From Candidatus Omnitrophota bacterium (GTDB lineage Bacteria; Omnitrophota; Gorgyraeia; Gygaellales; Profunditerraquicolaceae), in NCBI GenBank assembly GCA_030650425.1, contig JAUSED010000005.1, positions 78,932-142,931 of the forward strand: a DNA stretch of 64,000 nucleotides, written 5' to 3'. The position numbers and the translations under genes were made by a program. The notes under the pieces were generated by a model. It saw only the letters and a list, made by a program, of their open reading frames with translations, was not told where the DNA came from and searched no databases. Below, one piece after another: positions 24,001-39,000 of the stretch; position 1 is the stretch's first letter; each line of letters starts with the position of its first letter.

Positions 24001-27000
24001 TTGATGGGGAAGGCCTGAAGAAGGACTTTAATCTTATAGACGACAGCTCGGCTTTAGATTTTGTAGCAAAGGCAATGGAGCTTAGCCGCCTAGCCCCGCG
24101 GATAAAAAATGAAAGCTATAAATTCATTTATGAAGAAGGCGATAGAGATAAGGCGCTTATCTTTGCAGCTAACAATGATAAGGTTATGTCAATAGAATTA
24201 TGGGATAGAAAAGAGGCCGCCATATATGAGCTGGCTATAATTTTTGGTTTAGGCCTTCAAGAAACAAAAGAACATCTGGAAGAGCGGTTTACTCTTGCAA
24301 AGGCTAAAGGTATTAAGCTTGGGGACCTGCCTTTATATGTCCGGCCGGGAAATACTGAATTATTTAAGATTGATAGTAAAAAAGAGGTGGAGGCATTAAG
24401 AGAATTTTATCCGTTGATAGAAATCAGCCCGTTTATCAAGAGAGTGGAGAAATTGTTGGAAGAAAATAAACCTGATCCCCTTATCCGCGGCTCTTCTCCG
24501 GTAAATGAAGGTTTTGGCGCGGTAGTGGCAGGGTTAAGCCGGAATTATTTATTTCCCTTCAACTCGCCTTTGGAGTTTTCCGGCCGCGCCCCTTATTTTA
24601 TTTTGCCGATTACGAAAGCGCTTTCTGTCGCCTCGCCGGTTAAGGGGCATAAGAGTAATTTTGATTTTTATGTAGCGCAGATAGAAAAAATATTGGGGGT
24701 GTCCTTAGATAGATTAACGCAAAAGCAGATAGGCGCAGGCCAGTTAGCCGAATCCTTAAGAAAAAAGTATCGGGCAGTTAACGAAATAAACGAAATAGCT
24801 AATCTTTTGAACGATTTTGGCGCAATTTGTTTAGATCAGGGAAGATATTCTCTTGCCAGAATTCTGTTTGAAGTAGGATTATTTTTAGAAAAGAGGCCGA
24901 AAGAGAGGATGGAATTGTTAGGGATGTTGGCTGCTGTAGATACCGACCAATCTCAAAAGGAAGCCGATGCTCAAAAAAAAGCAGTTTATTTACAAAGAGC
25001 AAAGCAGCGGTTGGAAGAAATATGCGAAACTCTTAATCCTCATCATCCGGAGATACATTTCCAATTAGGATATGTTTCCTATTTACTTGGTGAGTTTAAT
25101 TTAGCGTTCGCTTATTTTCAAACAGCCAAACGCCTTGGCCACCCGCTAGCCGGGTTTAATTTAGTCTCGATCTGCAAAGAACTTGGTGATTTTGACAACG
25201 CCCTTAAGGAGTTTCAAGAAATGATGCAAGCGGGCCTGGTTGATGGGGTTGTTTGTTCTGCTATGCTTGAAGACATAAAGGAACCCGGCGAGTTTAATAG
25301 ATTGCTCAAGGCAGTCTTAAGACAGAATAGCCAAACTGTGCTGTTTGATTTTACCATTGAATTTATCAAAATGGATTTTGATAGGGATAAGGCAAGGGCT
25401 ATCGCCAAGGAGTTTAGCTTAGAGAATGGTATTCAGAGCGCGGCGATCAAATTCCTTATTTTGGAAAGAATACTTGCTTTAAAGGATGTGGAGCTAAAAG
25501 GAAAAATGCTGGAGCAGTGGGAAACGGCGCAGATCCCGGAACGTAAGCCATTCATTGAGGCTTTAAAGGCCTCCTGCAGTGAAGAAAAAATAAATGCTAT
25601 TGCCAAAGCCTCAAGGAAGAAAAAAGATAAGGTTAGCATAAGAGCATTAAAAGAGCCCTGTTTTGCCCTGCTTGCGCTTGTCGCGGTAGGCGTTACGGAT
25701 GAGAAGATAAAGGAATTTGCCGGCTTTTTACTGAAATTCCTCAATGATCCGGTTGTTTCGTCAAACGCGCGCCTGGCGCTTATGCCTTTTACGCAAGCTA
25801 TCTTTGAAGAGGCCGCAGTGATTCTAGAAGAGCATAAAATGCAGGAGCAGGAAGAATCTGAGAAGCGTGACGCAAGAGAAAAGATAAAAGCTTTGTTGGA
25901 TCGGCATATGGCTCTGTATGATATTGTTTACGCGCCTAAGCGCGCGGGTAAAATTGATATAGAACAAGCGGACGAATTAATCTCTCTTACTGAAGAGATT
26001 CTCGCGCTTAATATTCGAGCAGAGTACCTTGATAATGGCGAAAAAGACGCGTTAAATGAGCAGGTGAGCGATATTCTAGAGGCCAAAAAGGCATTGGCAG
26101 AAACAGCGAGCCTTCAAAAAAATAAGGCGTTGGATTACGCCAGGCGTAATAGCCAAGCTTATGAAAAAGCTTATCAGGCCTTTATTGATGCCGGGATCAA
26201 GCCTGATGGTTGGTTTAAGCTAGTTTTGGTTGTGGAAAGGGAAGGTTTTGTTTTTACCTATTATTCCCTTAAGAGCGGAAAGTCTGTAAGAGTGGAGAAT
26301 GTTATAGTCATTTTCGAGGGGCGCGGTAAAGATGAATGCCGGGAGAGTCAAGAGCCTTTTGGCCGTAAGAATATTTACGATATTATTATCTTACAGGAAG
26401 ATAACGGAAAAAGCATATTTGGAGCAGAGATTAAAGAAGGTAAAATCAGTAATGAATTAGTTGGGGGAAATAATATCTATAGAACTTTAACCGAAGGCGC
26501 TGTTTATGCCGATCCCTCAGGAGTCAGGCACCTTATCTATATAGAGGAAGAGTCATCCAAAGCTTACATTTTAGTTGTTGGAAAATTTTCCGATCTCTTA
26601 AGGGTTTATGAAACAGAGAGCGAATATATACCCGCTTACCTTTTGCTACACGAAAGGGGGTTAAATAGAAAAGGCTGGGCGATGAATTTAATGAAAAAAC
26701 TCGTTGATATATTTCAGGGAGAAGGAAGCCTTAAAGTTAACCCGGGATGGCAGCGCGCAAAGCAGGCGCAGGGGATCGTTAAGGGTATGGTAGGTTCAAG
26801 ACAAATAGAAAGAAGGCTTTATTTTGAAGATAACGGCAAAGGAGCGATGTTCCATCTCCTTGATGTAAAAGGCGGGGATGTGGTAGGGATAAATAAATTT
26901 GGATATTTGATTAGTTTTAAGCCAGTGCGGTACTTGGAAAACGCGGAAGATGTTAGCGAATATGAATTATTAGAAAAAAAAGAGATAACCAATGAATGGC

Positions 27001-30000
27001 TTAAGGATAAAATTGAGGAGATTAAAGGAGGCGATTCCTTTAATGGCCGAAGCGCCTCGCCGGTTAACCGAACTAAAATCGAGGCCAAGATTCTAGAATG
27101 GTTTGATGGATTGATCAAGGGATTAAAAAGCCGCGGAGATATTCTGCCAGAAGAAAACTTAATTTTCCCCCAAGGTCATTTAGGTCGATGGGTTAAATTA
27201 TTAGAGTTTGGTTTCTTTGATAATCTTAATACGCTAACAAGAGAAAACATAGCCGGTATTGAGCACAGAATAATAAGAGAACGCGAATTGTATCAGAAAG
27301 TCATAGCGTTGACAGATATACAAAAATACTGTCTTAATCAAGCACAGGATAAGTTTACTTTATTCTTAAAACTGTATAAGAATTTAGTCCCATTTTCGCA
27401 TTGGCCAAAAACGGTGTTTGAGCTAGTAGATAAATATCCAACGATAGGTTTTTTTTATCTTTTATGTTCGGTTAGGGATATAAAAAATGATGTCGATATT
27501 GAAAATGTGGTAAGAATAATAATACATGAGTACGTACATTACTATTCGTTTTATTCGCCAATCATGCAATCTGAGTCATTTGCTGAGGTGTTCGCTGAAA
27601 CGATAGTCGAGATGATTTATCCGGATGCACCCACTCCGAACTATTATGAGGAGGCTAGACCATTGGGGAAGATGTTGTTTGAGATTGTAGGAAAAGAGGC
27701 TTTTCTTGAGGCTAATTTTAGAACCGGCTTATCGGGGCTTATACCTTATTTGGGGCCCAAGGTGGTTAGGATATATGAATTTCTGGAATTGGCCTTAGTT
27801 TGGTCTGGGCTAAACCCTGAGCTTGATTCTGAATTTGTGAGCTTTGTTGATTTCTCAAACTTGCTTAAGCACAGAAATAATGAACAGTTGTTAGACAAGA
27901 TTTGGACGATTTTGATGAGTAAAATGGAGCATATTAATAAATCTCTTCCGATAGGGCGTTTAGAGCGTTTTGATATTATACGAAGATTATTCGAAGTTAT
28001 GCGTTGGGAGTTGGCGGTGTTCAAACCTTCGGGCTCACCGTTAGCGCAGGCTAATCATGATATTCTGACTCTGGTTGTTGGTATCGGCACTGTCAACAAT
28101 ACAAGAGCCGGTTCGGGATTCCTTCCGGTTAATCCCAGCCCTGTATTGAAAAAAATAGAAACGGCCACTCATTCTTCCAGCCCGTTAGATAAAAAGAAAA
28201 AGGAGAGTTTGGATAAGCCGATACGGATAAGGGCATGGAATCCTGATATGGAAAATGTTTTGATAGATTGGATTAAGCGTAATCTGGCGATAGATTCCGC
28301 TCCTTCTGAAGAGGATGTAGGGGTGTTAGCTGCCAAGCTTAATTATAAAAAAAGCGCAGCGGAGCTCAAGGAAAGGCTGGATAAACTGGCTTTTATAAGG
28401 GACAGATATTTAGATTTTACCAATGAAAAATTAAGCGAAAAATTAGGCTGGAATCTAACCGCGGTTAAGAGGCGTTTGCGATGGTTTAAGTATGAGAGAT
28501 GGGCTCCGGAAAAGGAAAGAGAATTATGGGATTTGTTCAAGAGGGGTATAAACGACGCAGGCATTGCCGGCTTAGTAGTTTCTTTCGCCAAACCAAAGGA
28601 AAGATTATTAGAAATGCTAACCCTCTTTAGGGCAATTGACGCAATATATTTTTATCTGGGGCTGAATGCTTTATTGTCTTATCTAAAGATTACCCAATCC
28701 AGCCAGCGCAGGGCTATCCGCAGGTTAATCTCTGAATTAAAATTACACCAATGGACTTTAGAAGAGGAGGCAGAGCTTTTTAGAAGAAACAATGAAGACT
28801 TGTTAGCCTTAGCGGTTGATTTAGGCAAATCCCCATCCTCAATATCAGAGAAACTAAAGGAGCTTAATTTTATTAAGAAATACTACAAGGTATTATTATT
28901 TAAGGATTTAGGCATATTTTTGTGTTATCAGATAGGCGATTCATTAAAAGAGCGGGCTATCGCATGGAAGACGAGTTTTCTGGGTTTAACCGGAGGTGGT
29001 TACAAGTTAAAAAATGACCCCTTAAGAGAGAATGCAAGACGCATTGTGTCTTTATATAAAACCGGAATGCGCCATTTAGTAAAAGGTGAATTCCAGGAAG
29101 CAATAGATAAATGGAGCGAGGCGCTTAGTATCGATGAAGGCATTCCCTATTTGCATAAAAAAATAGACGCAGCCAAGCGCGCGCGCGATGACAGCCTTTA
29201 CCGGGACTTGCTTTTAGGCGAATGTATTAAGAGGGGATACGGAGAATCTATAGAGGCGATTATAAGGTTTAATATGGGGTTGATTAAAAAAATAATAGCG
29301 AGTTACAAAGTTACTAATGCCGCAAGAAAAAATTTGGAAGACGCCGCTATATTTGGCGCCAAGATAGCCGCTTTGAAATACCATCCAGAGCGAGGGGTAA
29401 AGTTTATGACCTTTGCCTGGAATGTGATTAAACATGAAATTAATAAAATATTGATGGAGGATTTCAAGGAAGGAGGAAGAATCGCAATTGAGAAAAAAGA
29501 TTATAAAAAATTATCAGAACTAAAGAAATGGATTAACGGGATAGGCAGATATCCTTCGCTGGAAGAAATAGTTAAGAAACTGAGCGTTTCCAAGGCAACC
29601 GCGGAATTATTTATTTCACTGCTGCGACATAATAACAATCATGTAATGTTAGACGAGAATATTGATGACAGCGATACCAGTTTCCATAATTTTATACCAA
29701 CCAAAGGTACAAACGGCCATGAAATAGGCCCTGAAGAAAAAACAGTTAATTCCGCATCCTTTGCTAAAGTATTAAATGCTCTGGATAACTTAGAGGGGGT
29801 TAACAGCAAGTATAAGGATTTATTTAGGGAGGTTGTTTGCCTTGAGTCGAAGGATACCGCGGATCAGTTCGGTTTTTCAATTGTCGCAAAACAGCGTGGG
29901 ATAAAAAGGCAGACTGTTACTAAGGCGTATTATTTAGTATTGGCAACACTACGTATTAAATTTAATACAGCGACGCATAAGCTTTATTATAGGACAATAG

Positions 30001-33000
30001 AGCAAGTCGCGCGAAAAATTCCGCAGAACGCGGTTTATGACGATTTTATTAAAGGGATTGCAGCAGAATTAGGCATTGAAACCCCGCTTGTCAGGCAGGA
30101 GATTGAATTGTTAAGGATAAAATCCGTGGTGCTTAGTTTTTGCGCGCAATCTTCATCCGCCTCGCCAATAAACGCGGATCTCTATGTTAAGGCAAGGCAG
30201 CGCGTTGAAGACACAAGAAACAGAGGCGGCGGTATAAAAGTAGTGTTTCTATGCAACGGAAACAGATGGCGCAGCGCGGCGATGTACCTTTGGACGGCGC
30301 ATTTAGCGGTAGAAAAATGGATTGCTGATTCTGCCGGGATTTATGCCTGGAGCGCAAAAAAGAACATTGCTTTGTTAGAAAAGGGATTAAGAGATCGATT
30401 TAGAGGCTTAGATGGGCGGCAAGTGAAGTTAATAAGGGCAATAGCCGCAAATGATGAGAGTTGGCTCACGAAAAAAGGATGGTTTAAGAGGGGGTTAAAA
30501 AGAAAAGAAATATATAAATTTTATCACCAGTCTGATTTAGAAGCTTGGAAAGAAAAAATTAACCAGAGCTGTCTGATTGATAAGCAAGAGTATCAAGAAG
30601 CTCTCCAAAAACTAAAGATTATACTCAAGGTTCTTGATGAATACCTGACATACGAGATTCAAGTAGAAGAAAACAGCGAGCTTAAAACTATCGCGCGGAA
30701 ATCCGAAATAAGAGCGGGTATTGTTAATGGATTTTCGTCAAAGGTGGGTACAGCAAGCTTAGTTTATGAAGCTACCCTTGTTGTTGTCTCCGACCGCAAG
30801 GTCAGGGATTTTATCCTAAAGTTTTTCCTCCAAGCCAAGGATAGGGTATTTTTATTTAGCGATTTAGTTCCTAAGAAGCATAAAGATTATGCCTCTAAGC
30901 TTTTTTCTGCTGACGGCGCGGATGTTTTAGACCCGGATAAGAAAGAGATTACAGGGGAATTGATGTTTCAATTGATAGGGGATTGTGTTGAAAAGAGTAT
31001 TATGCCTTTAATTACTCCTTCCGCCTCCAGCCCGATTTTTGATGAGCGCGGCTTCGAAGAGTTTTTGGGCCAGTTGAGAGAGCTCGTTAGTTTAGCTGAG
31101 CAAATCCTTCGGCTGCCATACCGGGACCAGGCAGAAGAGCTTCTTTACGCGCGAAGGGATGAAACATTTAAGCTTTTCGACCCTTCAAAAATTATACAGA
31201 TTCCGGATATTTTGCGTAAAACCAACCTTAACTTAAAAGAAGATTATTTGGATTCGCTGATTAAAATTATTATGGCCTTTCCATCGAACATTGATCCTTT
31301 TTGGAGGGATCAGGCCGCGGAAATCCAGAGGAAGTTAGTTGCCTCAAAACAACAAGACTCCGCATTGAGATTAAAAATAGAGGTTATCAATAACCTATTG
31401 AATGATTACGAGAAAGGCCTGGTTTTTGTAGCTGAGAAGGAGTTTTACAGAATGCTTTTAGGGCAAGGCAGGTTGTATCTTTGGAACAAACTGCTCTCTT
31501 ATGCGGCGCCATTAGGCCAATTGTCAAAAAGAAAATTGGAATTGGGATTATTAATGGCGACTAAACCATTTTTAAATCTTAGAGAAGTCCGAAATATACA
31601 GGAATTGGCAGGAGATTTTGAACTGCAATTCACAGTAATTTTTCCCAAAGGCGCGCGCCATCCTCTTGTCGTCTTCTCCAGAGAATTAATGGAGAGGGCC
31701 GAACAAAGGTTCGTTCCTTTCGCGTTTTCCGTAGGCCATACTCACGGATTAGCGGCGAGCCTTGAAGTAGGCCAAATAGACAAAGAGGCAGCTAGGATTA
31801 TTCAATCCTACGGGGTTTCTTATTTCATTTTAGCTTTTGGGCTCAGGCATATTGAGCTCGCGTGGTTTGAACCGAAGACTATGCAATTCGCCTATGAGCG
31901 TGAGGAGCAAAATAAGATTAGCCGCATCCTTGGCGTATATGGTTTATTAGCCAAGATTAGGCGTACTTCCTCACCCATACACACTCAACCGGCCCTCCTG
32001 AAGCAAACCAGGAGAGCGATGGATTTAACTCAAGAAGAATTAGCCGAAAGACTGGAGAGCTATTCGGAATACGATATTTTCAATTTTGAGCGGGGCGCTG
32101 ACTCAATCCCCATAGGTTTATTTACTAATATTAAAGAAGCAATGGGTTTATTATTGCAAGAACTTAGAGAATCCCTAGGCTATACACCCGCAAAGCTGGC
32201 TAAGGTTATAGGCTATACAGAGGTAGATATTCTGCATTGGGAGAATGCTGAGGCGTGGATCCCTAGCGGCGTATTGAGGGATATCAGAAAACGCGTAATG
32301 CCGGAGCGCCTGAGGCAAATAAGGGAAAAAATGGGGTTGTCGCAAAAAGAATTAGTTAACAGATTAGGATTTTTAAATCTGAGCGCTATTACTTTCTACG
32401 AGATCGGCACGGTAAAAATGCCCTTAGATTTCTTGAATAGGATTAATCAAGAAATGGTTATTTTCTTAAGTGATCTGCAAGAGCTAAGGAAAGATTTAGA
32501 TTATACCAAGGAATCATTAGGCCGAAAAGTTGGTTATAGCCGAACTTCTGTCGCGAAATGGGAAAAAGGCCTGCAAAATGTGCCCAGGGGTTTATTCGCG
32601 AATCTACAAAAAGAGGCCGCCCTATTATTGAAAGCGCTCAGAGAATTTTTGGGGTATAGGGCTGAAAAATTAGCTCGAGAATTAGGAAAGGGTTATACCG
32701 AAGAAGGTATTTTACGTTGGGAGGAAGGTAAGGAGTGGATACCCCGCGGCGTGTTAAAAGAAATTAGGGAGCGATTAATACCTTTACGCTTGAGGCAAAT
32801 AAGGAAAGAGGTGATGAATTTGTTGCAAAAAGAATTTGGGGAGAAAGTGGGGTATTCACAAAATATTAGTATCTACCTTCGAGAGAAAGGCAAAAAAAAG
32901 ATATCCCTACACTTATTAAATAAAACCACGGCATTATTTCCTAACCGTTTGGCCGAATTGCTTAAAGCCATCAACGAGGAGTTAGGATTAAATATTACAG

Positions 33001-36000
33001 ACTTGATTAGTTTGCTTCGATTGGAGTTTTCAGAGAATGATTTTAAAGAAATGCTTGTTGGCCTAAGGCAGGTACCCGAGTGGTTAATGGTTTCATTGAA
33101 TGACAAAAAAAATATCCGTCAACTTAAAAAATGGCGAACCTATCAAGAACAAGGTATCCCATTGGCGGCAAGGCCTGAAAGAATTGTGATCATCCCGGGG
33201 AAAAGCAAACATTCCAGCTTGGAGTGGCCGATCAAGGATAATTATGTTGAACTACCCGAAGAAATCTTAATAAATTATTCAGAAGATAGACTATCAGATC
33301 AGGATGTGTTTCCAGCAGAGGAAGAGCAATTTAGAAATTACCTGAAAGATATAGAAAATGAGATGACAAGAAAGGTCCTGTATTTGGCTTTAAATCACGA
33401 AGATATGGACAATATTATTAGATTAACGGGTTTGACGCAAGAAGAAATTGATAGGCACCTAATAGAAGGTGGAGAAAAGATCCAAAAGATAAGCGGTTTA
33501 AAGAGTTATATGGGCTATTTACAAGGAAAGAAGGCCGCGAGGGTTTCATCGCCGGTGACTTGCAGCTCTAGTTTAAACGAGGATCAGGCTAAAGAAAAAA
33601 TAACTTGGCAAGTCAGCCCTCTGCCGGCTTCGCAGTGGCCCTTAGAGCTGTTTTTGTCGCAATTAAAGACGGCCAGTAAAATATTAGGGACAAACTCGAG
33701 CACGGCATTTTTGCGGAAATATCGCAAAATACGCAGGGCCTTCCTGTTTCTCAGAGAAAAAGGGTTTCTCTCTGATTGGAATAGCGCTGTAAAGGCTACG
33801 GGAGGCCAACCAGCTTTTAGATGGACGAAAGAAATTTTTCTTAAACAACTAAAGAACGCCATAAAAGAGTCAGGCACGAGCGCAAGCTGGGTAATCAAAG
33901 ATAAATATCGTAAAATTTACAGGGCGTATTTACTCTACGGAATAGAATGGGGATTTCTAAATTGGGCTTCCGCGGTGAAGGCTTGTGGCGCAAAGCCACA
34001 TTTAAGAATAATTAAGACAAGGAAGATTTTTCTTTATAGGTTAAGACAGGTATTCGCGGATTTGGGCACAACTTCTAGTAGAGAGATTAAAAAAAGATAT
34101 CCTCAGCTTTTTATATCTTTTATCTTCTGTCAGGAAGAATGGGGCTATCTAGATTGGTCGAGCGCCGTGCGAAAAACTGGAAACCAGCCTATCTCCGGAG
34201 ATGAAATCAGATTGAACGTACATCTTCAGTTTTTAAAATCTAAATACCGAATTTATACGCTCCTTAAAGAAAATAAGAAAACCGATGCTAAAGAATTACT
34301 CAAAGGCCTGCTTGAAAATGGCGAAAGGGGCGTTATCACCCTGCATAAACTTATCCGGCCTCAATTTAAAGGCGGTTTGCCGCATATCTACCCGGAAATC
34401 AGAAAATATATTTGGAATTTGATCTTGGATTATTCCTTTACTCAAAAAGGGCGGATAAAGCTTGTCAGAAGGGATAAGCTGCCCGCTAGAGTCAGACACA
34501 GTTTTATTCAAGGTTTAGGGCATTGTTTGATTCAAGGGCGCCTGCCTTCCGGGGGTGAATTAATTCTGGGAGGGCGTTGGGGGGTTTTTGGAGAATATGG
34601 AGATTCTGAATATCTAGTAGAGATGAATAACGGTATACCGGTAAGGGTATTCTTCCTTAAAGACTACTCGGCATTTGAATTTTTTCCATATATTGACAAT
34701 ATAACGGGAGAGGTTATAGGTGTCCATTGGGGGGTTACAGAAAGGCAGAAACTCTCCGGCCTTAAAGACGTAACCACCTATGGTTATTTAGGCTCAAATG
34801 GTAATCTCTCTATCGGAGGAACGCGGCCGGGAGTTGATGGCCTTCTTCCTTCTGGAAAATATAAAGGCCTGCCTTGGGCGAGGTCATCCAATCATCCTGA
34901 TGAAAAGGTTAAGATTGTGATTAAAGACGGCCTTGTCCGCGAGTACTCCTCTTTGGAGTCTGAGCTTAAGGTGAGGCTTTCGCGTATTTATCATAAGCCA
35001 AGCGCAAAATACACTACGTCTTTCCAAAGAACCCTGAGTAAAGAAGAAACTAAGTTATTGGATGAGAGTTACGAAGTTTGCGATTATCGCTTGAATAAGA
35101 ATAGCGTGCTTAGCTTTTTAAGTTGTAAAATTAGTTTTAGCCTGCTTAAAGAGGCCAAGAACGCCTTGGTAAAATTAGAAGTAAGAAATGGCGGAATAGC
35201 GTTTGTAACATTTGTGGCGGATGAAAAGGGGAAGCCAATCTTAGATATCCACGACCAGGCCTTAAAAATAGACGTAAGAGAGAATATCGTCTATCAACTG
35301 CTTAAAAACTCAAAATCTCTCCGCCAAGAGAGATTAAAGAAAACACAAGGCCTTTTCGCGCAAGCAGAGCAATTATTGAATGATGGCCAATACGCAGAGG
35401 CAATAAAACTATTTAAGCAAGTCGTAAACATTGCTTCCAAAAGAAAGTTTAAGATTCAGGAAGAAAAAGATCTGGCGCGAAGGGCTTCTGAATATGCCGC
35501 GCTAGGCAAGCAGTATAGAACGGCCCTGGATGTATCTGGTTTGGCAGGGTTAGAATCCTTAGAGCCGCTTTGCCAGCGCGCTGTGGATTTATTTGAGCAA
35601 AGAAATTATGGCAAGGCTAAAGGCGTATGGAAAAAGGTGCTTAGTAGATTACGGGGCGCGCCTATCTTAGCTGACCAGAAAGATGCTTTAAGGGCGGCAG
35701 AAATCGCGATCCGCGGTTGTTTAGAAACTATAAATATTAAAATTGCCAAAGCATATTTTATTTCGGGTAAAGAGCATTATCTACGAGGGAATTACAGGAG
35801 GGCCATAAACTACTTTAGGAAGGTTTTGGATGTTCCTGTAGTCTTTAAGCATACGGCTGTGAAAGCCCAAGATTATATCAACCGTTGTAAGGATGCCGCG
35901 CTGGCAAGAAAATCCGAACTTTCTTCCCTTAATCTCTCTGGCCATTTCGATGAAAGTTCCCGCTTAGGTTCGCAGATTTTAAATAGCCTTTTTGAAAAAA

Positions 36001-39000
36001 TTCGGGCAGGTAAAGATGCTTACGATATAAAAACAATCAAGGAGGCGCGCAGAGCGGAGAAAGAAATCGTGGATACTCATCTCTGGCTGGTTAAGTTAGC
36101 GGCTATCCGGTATTTAAGAAATATTCAAGGGGTTAAAGAACCGGAGGTTAATCCGTATCTGGGCGATCTTATGCCTAAAGGGGTTTCAAAATTGCTCGAT
36201 ATTATCAGGATCTATGCTTATAAAGACAGGCAGTTTTCTGAAGATGAAATAATAGATGAGCTTGTGGCATTTTTCACGAAAGCGCTTTATGAAGACTCTA
36301 CGGTTTATAGAAAAATCACTTATGTGGAAGCCGCGCGCGATGATTCGGATGAGGCCGGCGATCTATCAGAAATAACAAGAAGTATGGCCGCGGTTGATCA
36401 TAATGCCCCTGATAAGATACTTGAAGACTTGGAAGCGCTGCCGTTAGACGAGGAGGACGCTTTGATCCAGCATAACCTATTGAGCCCTTACATAGATGCC
36501 ATAAAAGATTCTGCAGTAAGGCAGGTTGTCACTTTGGCTTTTCAGGGTTTAAGTATGGAATTTATTACGCGGCGAACCGAACTGAACGAGAAAGAGATCA
36601 ATCAGTATTTAAAACAAGGCGGCCAAGAGATCCAGAGCTTAGCCGGTTTAAAAGATTACGCGGCAGCGGCGAAGCGCAGTGCCTCGCCGGTTTCGGCGAA
36701 TAGGTCCATAGCCTCAAGCCCGGCTAATTCTCCTTCGACAATAGAAAAGATAACTAAAGAGATTGCCAACGCGCTTCAGCTAAGCGGTATTAAATCTCAA
36801 CTAGTTACTCTAGAAGGGCTATTTAATTATTTTAAAGAAGATTATCCCCAATTATTAGAGCCCGGCCGATCAAAAGAAGAGAAGTTCTGGTTATTGTGTT
36901 TGGGTTTTTTTAAGCTTGAAAATATCTTTATGCTGGAATGCGATTTAGGAGGGAAAATTCTTGAACTAAAAAATGAAATCCTGCTTAAGATGAAGAGCCT
37001 GGAAGAATCATTGCTCTCTAGCTATAGGGCCTTTGAGGTGGTTGAGTATTTTAAGCTGGGCTATGAAAATTATCCTTTTGATCTTAAGCGGTTAGAACAC
37101 GAGTCAGGAAAAGAATTCTTTGAGCTTCCTCAGAAACCAGAGAAAAGGGTTTTTGCGGGCGGGTGGGAAAGGCGGTATGCGCAGAAACTTTCTTGTATTT
37201 TCGCCAAGGAGCTACAAAGGGAATGGGAAAGGTTATCGCTTAAGAGAGATTACACCTTAGCGCCTCTTTATACACTCAGCGTAAATGAATTTATAGGAGA
37301 TACTAGGCAGTTTATACATCCTGCGAATTTTATTTACTACGATATGTCATTGTTAGATCCAAATAAAGGGATTACTGAAGCAAGGATTAAACAGGATATG
37401 ATCCTTAGTATTGCCTCTATGGATATTTATTTAGAATGGATAAGCCGGCATTGGGATTCCGACTTAATTAAACAAAAAGGATATACTTGGGAGAAAAATA
37501 GGATAAGCCTGAAATTCATAGAAAAAAACCAATCGCCTAACCTTTCTTTGTTTGGTAGAGCCCTTCCCCCTGTTAAGCTGAGGCCGTCTTACCGTATATT
37601 AAAAAATTTGACTGATGCAGAAGCGCTGGAGATTATATGTGGTACTCGGAGCGATGTTGGTTCTCCTCTAATTAGCCGGGAGCCAATGCGTACAGTTATT
37701 CCTGAAATACAATCTGTCGCTTCGCCGGTTTCAACGCTGGCCAAGGCTATTGGCAGTATTATATTTAATCTTTATTTAATATTTACTGCGCCTATTTATT
37801 CCACTCATCAATTAGTTTATGCGCGGATGCCTTCACAAGGTATTTTAAATATAGTTACAAGGCCAGTGGTTAGACGGTTTGAAGTTTTAAAACATCCGGA
37901 ATATAATGATTCCTTTTTGAATGCCGAAGACTGGCTTAAAGAAGGCAATAAGGATTTTGCGGTGCGGTTTTATTTACTCGGATTCCTTCAAAAGGCGGAA
38001 GTTATGGATTTACCTAATTTCTTAGAAGGCGCAGTAACCCTGGCTCAAGTTGAGGAGTTTATGGCTGGATACTTAGAATCCGTGTTGGAAGGCCTTGAGA
38101 ACTGCGTCGATCCGGTTAACATAGCCCCAATACAGGACTGGATCATTGAGCTTAAGATAGAGGCTTTGAATACTTCCAAGCGGCTATTGTCAAAAGAAGA
38201 TAAAACAAGGATTAGGATAGAATTCATTAAAAGATTGCATCAGCTTGAAGAAGGGCTAAACATAAAATCTCGTCCGCCACCGAAGGATAGAGACACTAAC
38301 CGCGCCCCCGGCATCTTCCCAAATATTGACTGTAGTTCATCCAGCCCTACTTCTTTCTTGCATCAGAATGATGCTAAGGATATCTATTTTAAAATTTGTA
38401 CCAATAATGATGTATTAGCTTATCGGGAACAGATTATCAGCCTTGCAAAGCCGGAGTTCAGTTCTACATATTGGGCTGAATTTATCGAAGACAGCTTTGA
38501 AAGCAAATCAGCGTTGTTTATCCTTATGTTTTCTAAAGAAGAGCTGATAGGTTTGGTTTTAACGCGTGACGGGCAAGATAGCGAGGAGGCATTCATTACG
38601 GCGTTTGTATTAGGCAGCCTCATCAGGCACAATGGTTATGGAATAAAAATATTCAGGACAGCCATCAAAGCGCTTAAAGACAGGAAATATACCTCTCTTT
38701 TTTTGATAACTGAGGAAGAGGAATGTATGAGAGGCCTGCTTGAAAGATTAAGGGCGTCGGCTGATATTATTAATTTAGAAGGCGGCAGGCCGGTTAGCGA
38801 TTACCAGTCATTCGCCAAGTGGTTTAGAGCCTATTTTCCTGGCAGCCCATTACCTAATGGCCCCGCCGCCTCGCCGGTTTTGGGAAAAATAGAGCCGTCC
38901 CCTATTTCGTCTTTGGCGATAGGGATCCTTAAAGAAGCCAAGGAACGGCTTAAGGAGTTTTTGGTGTTAAAAGTAGTTGTGGTTGGCATAATAGCAGCTG

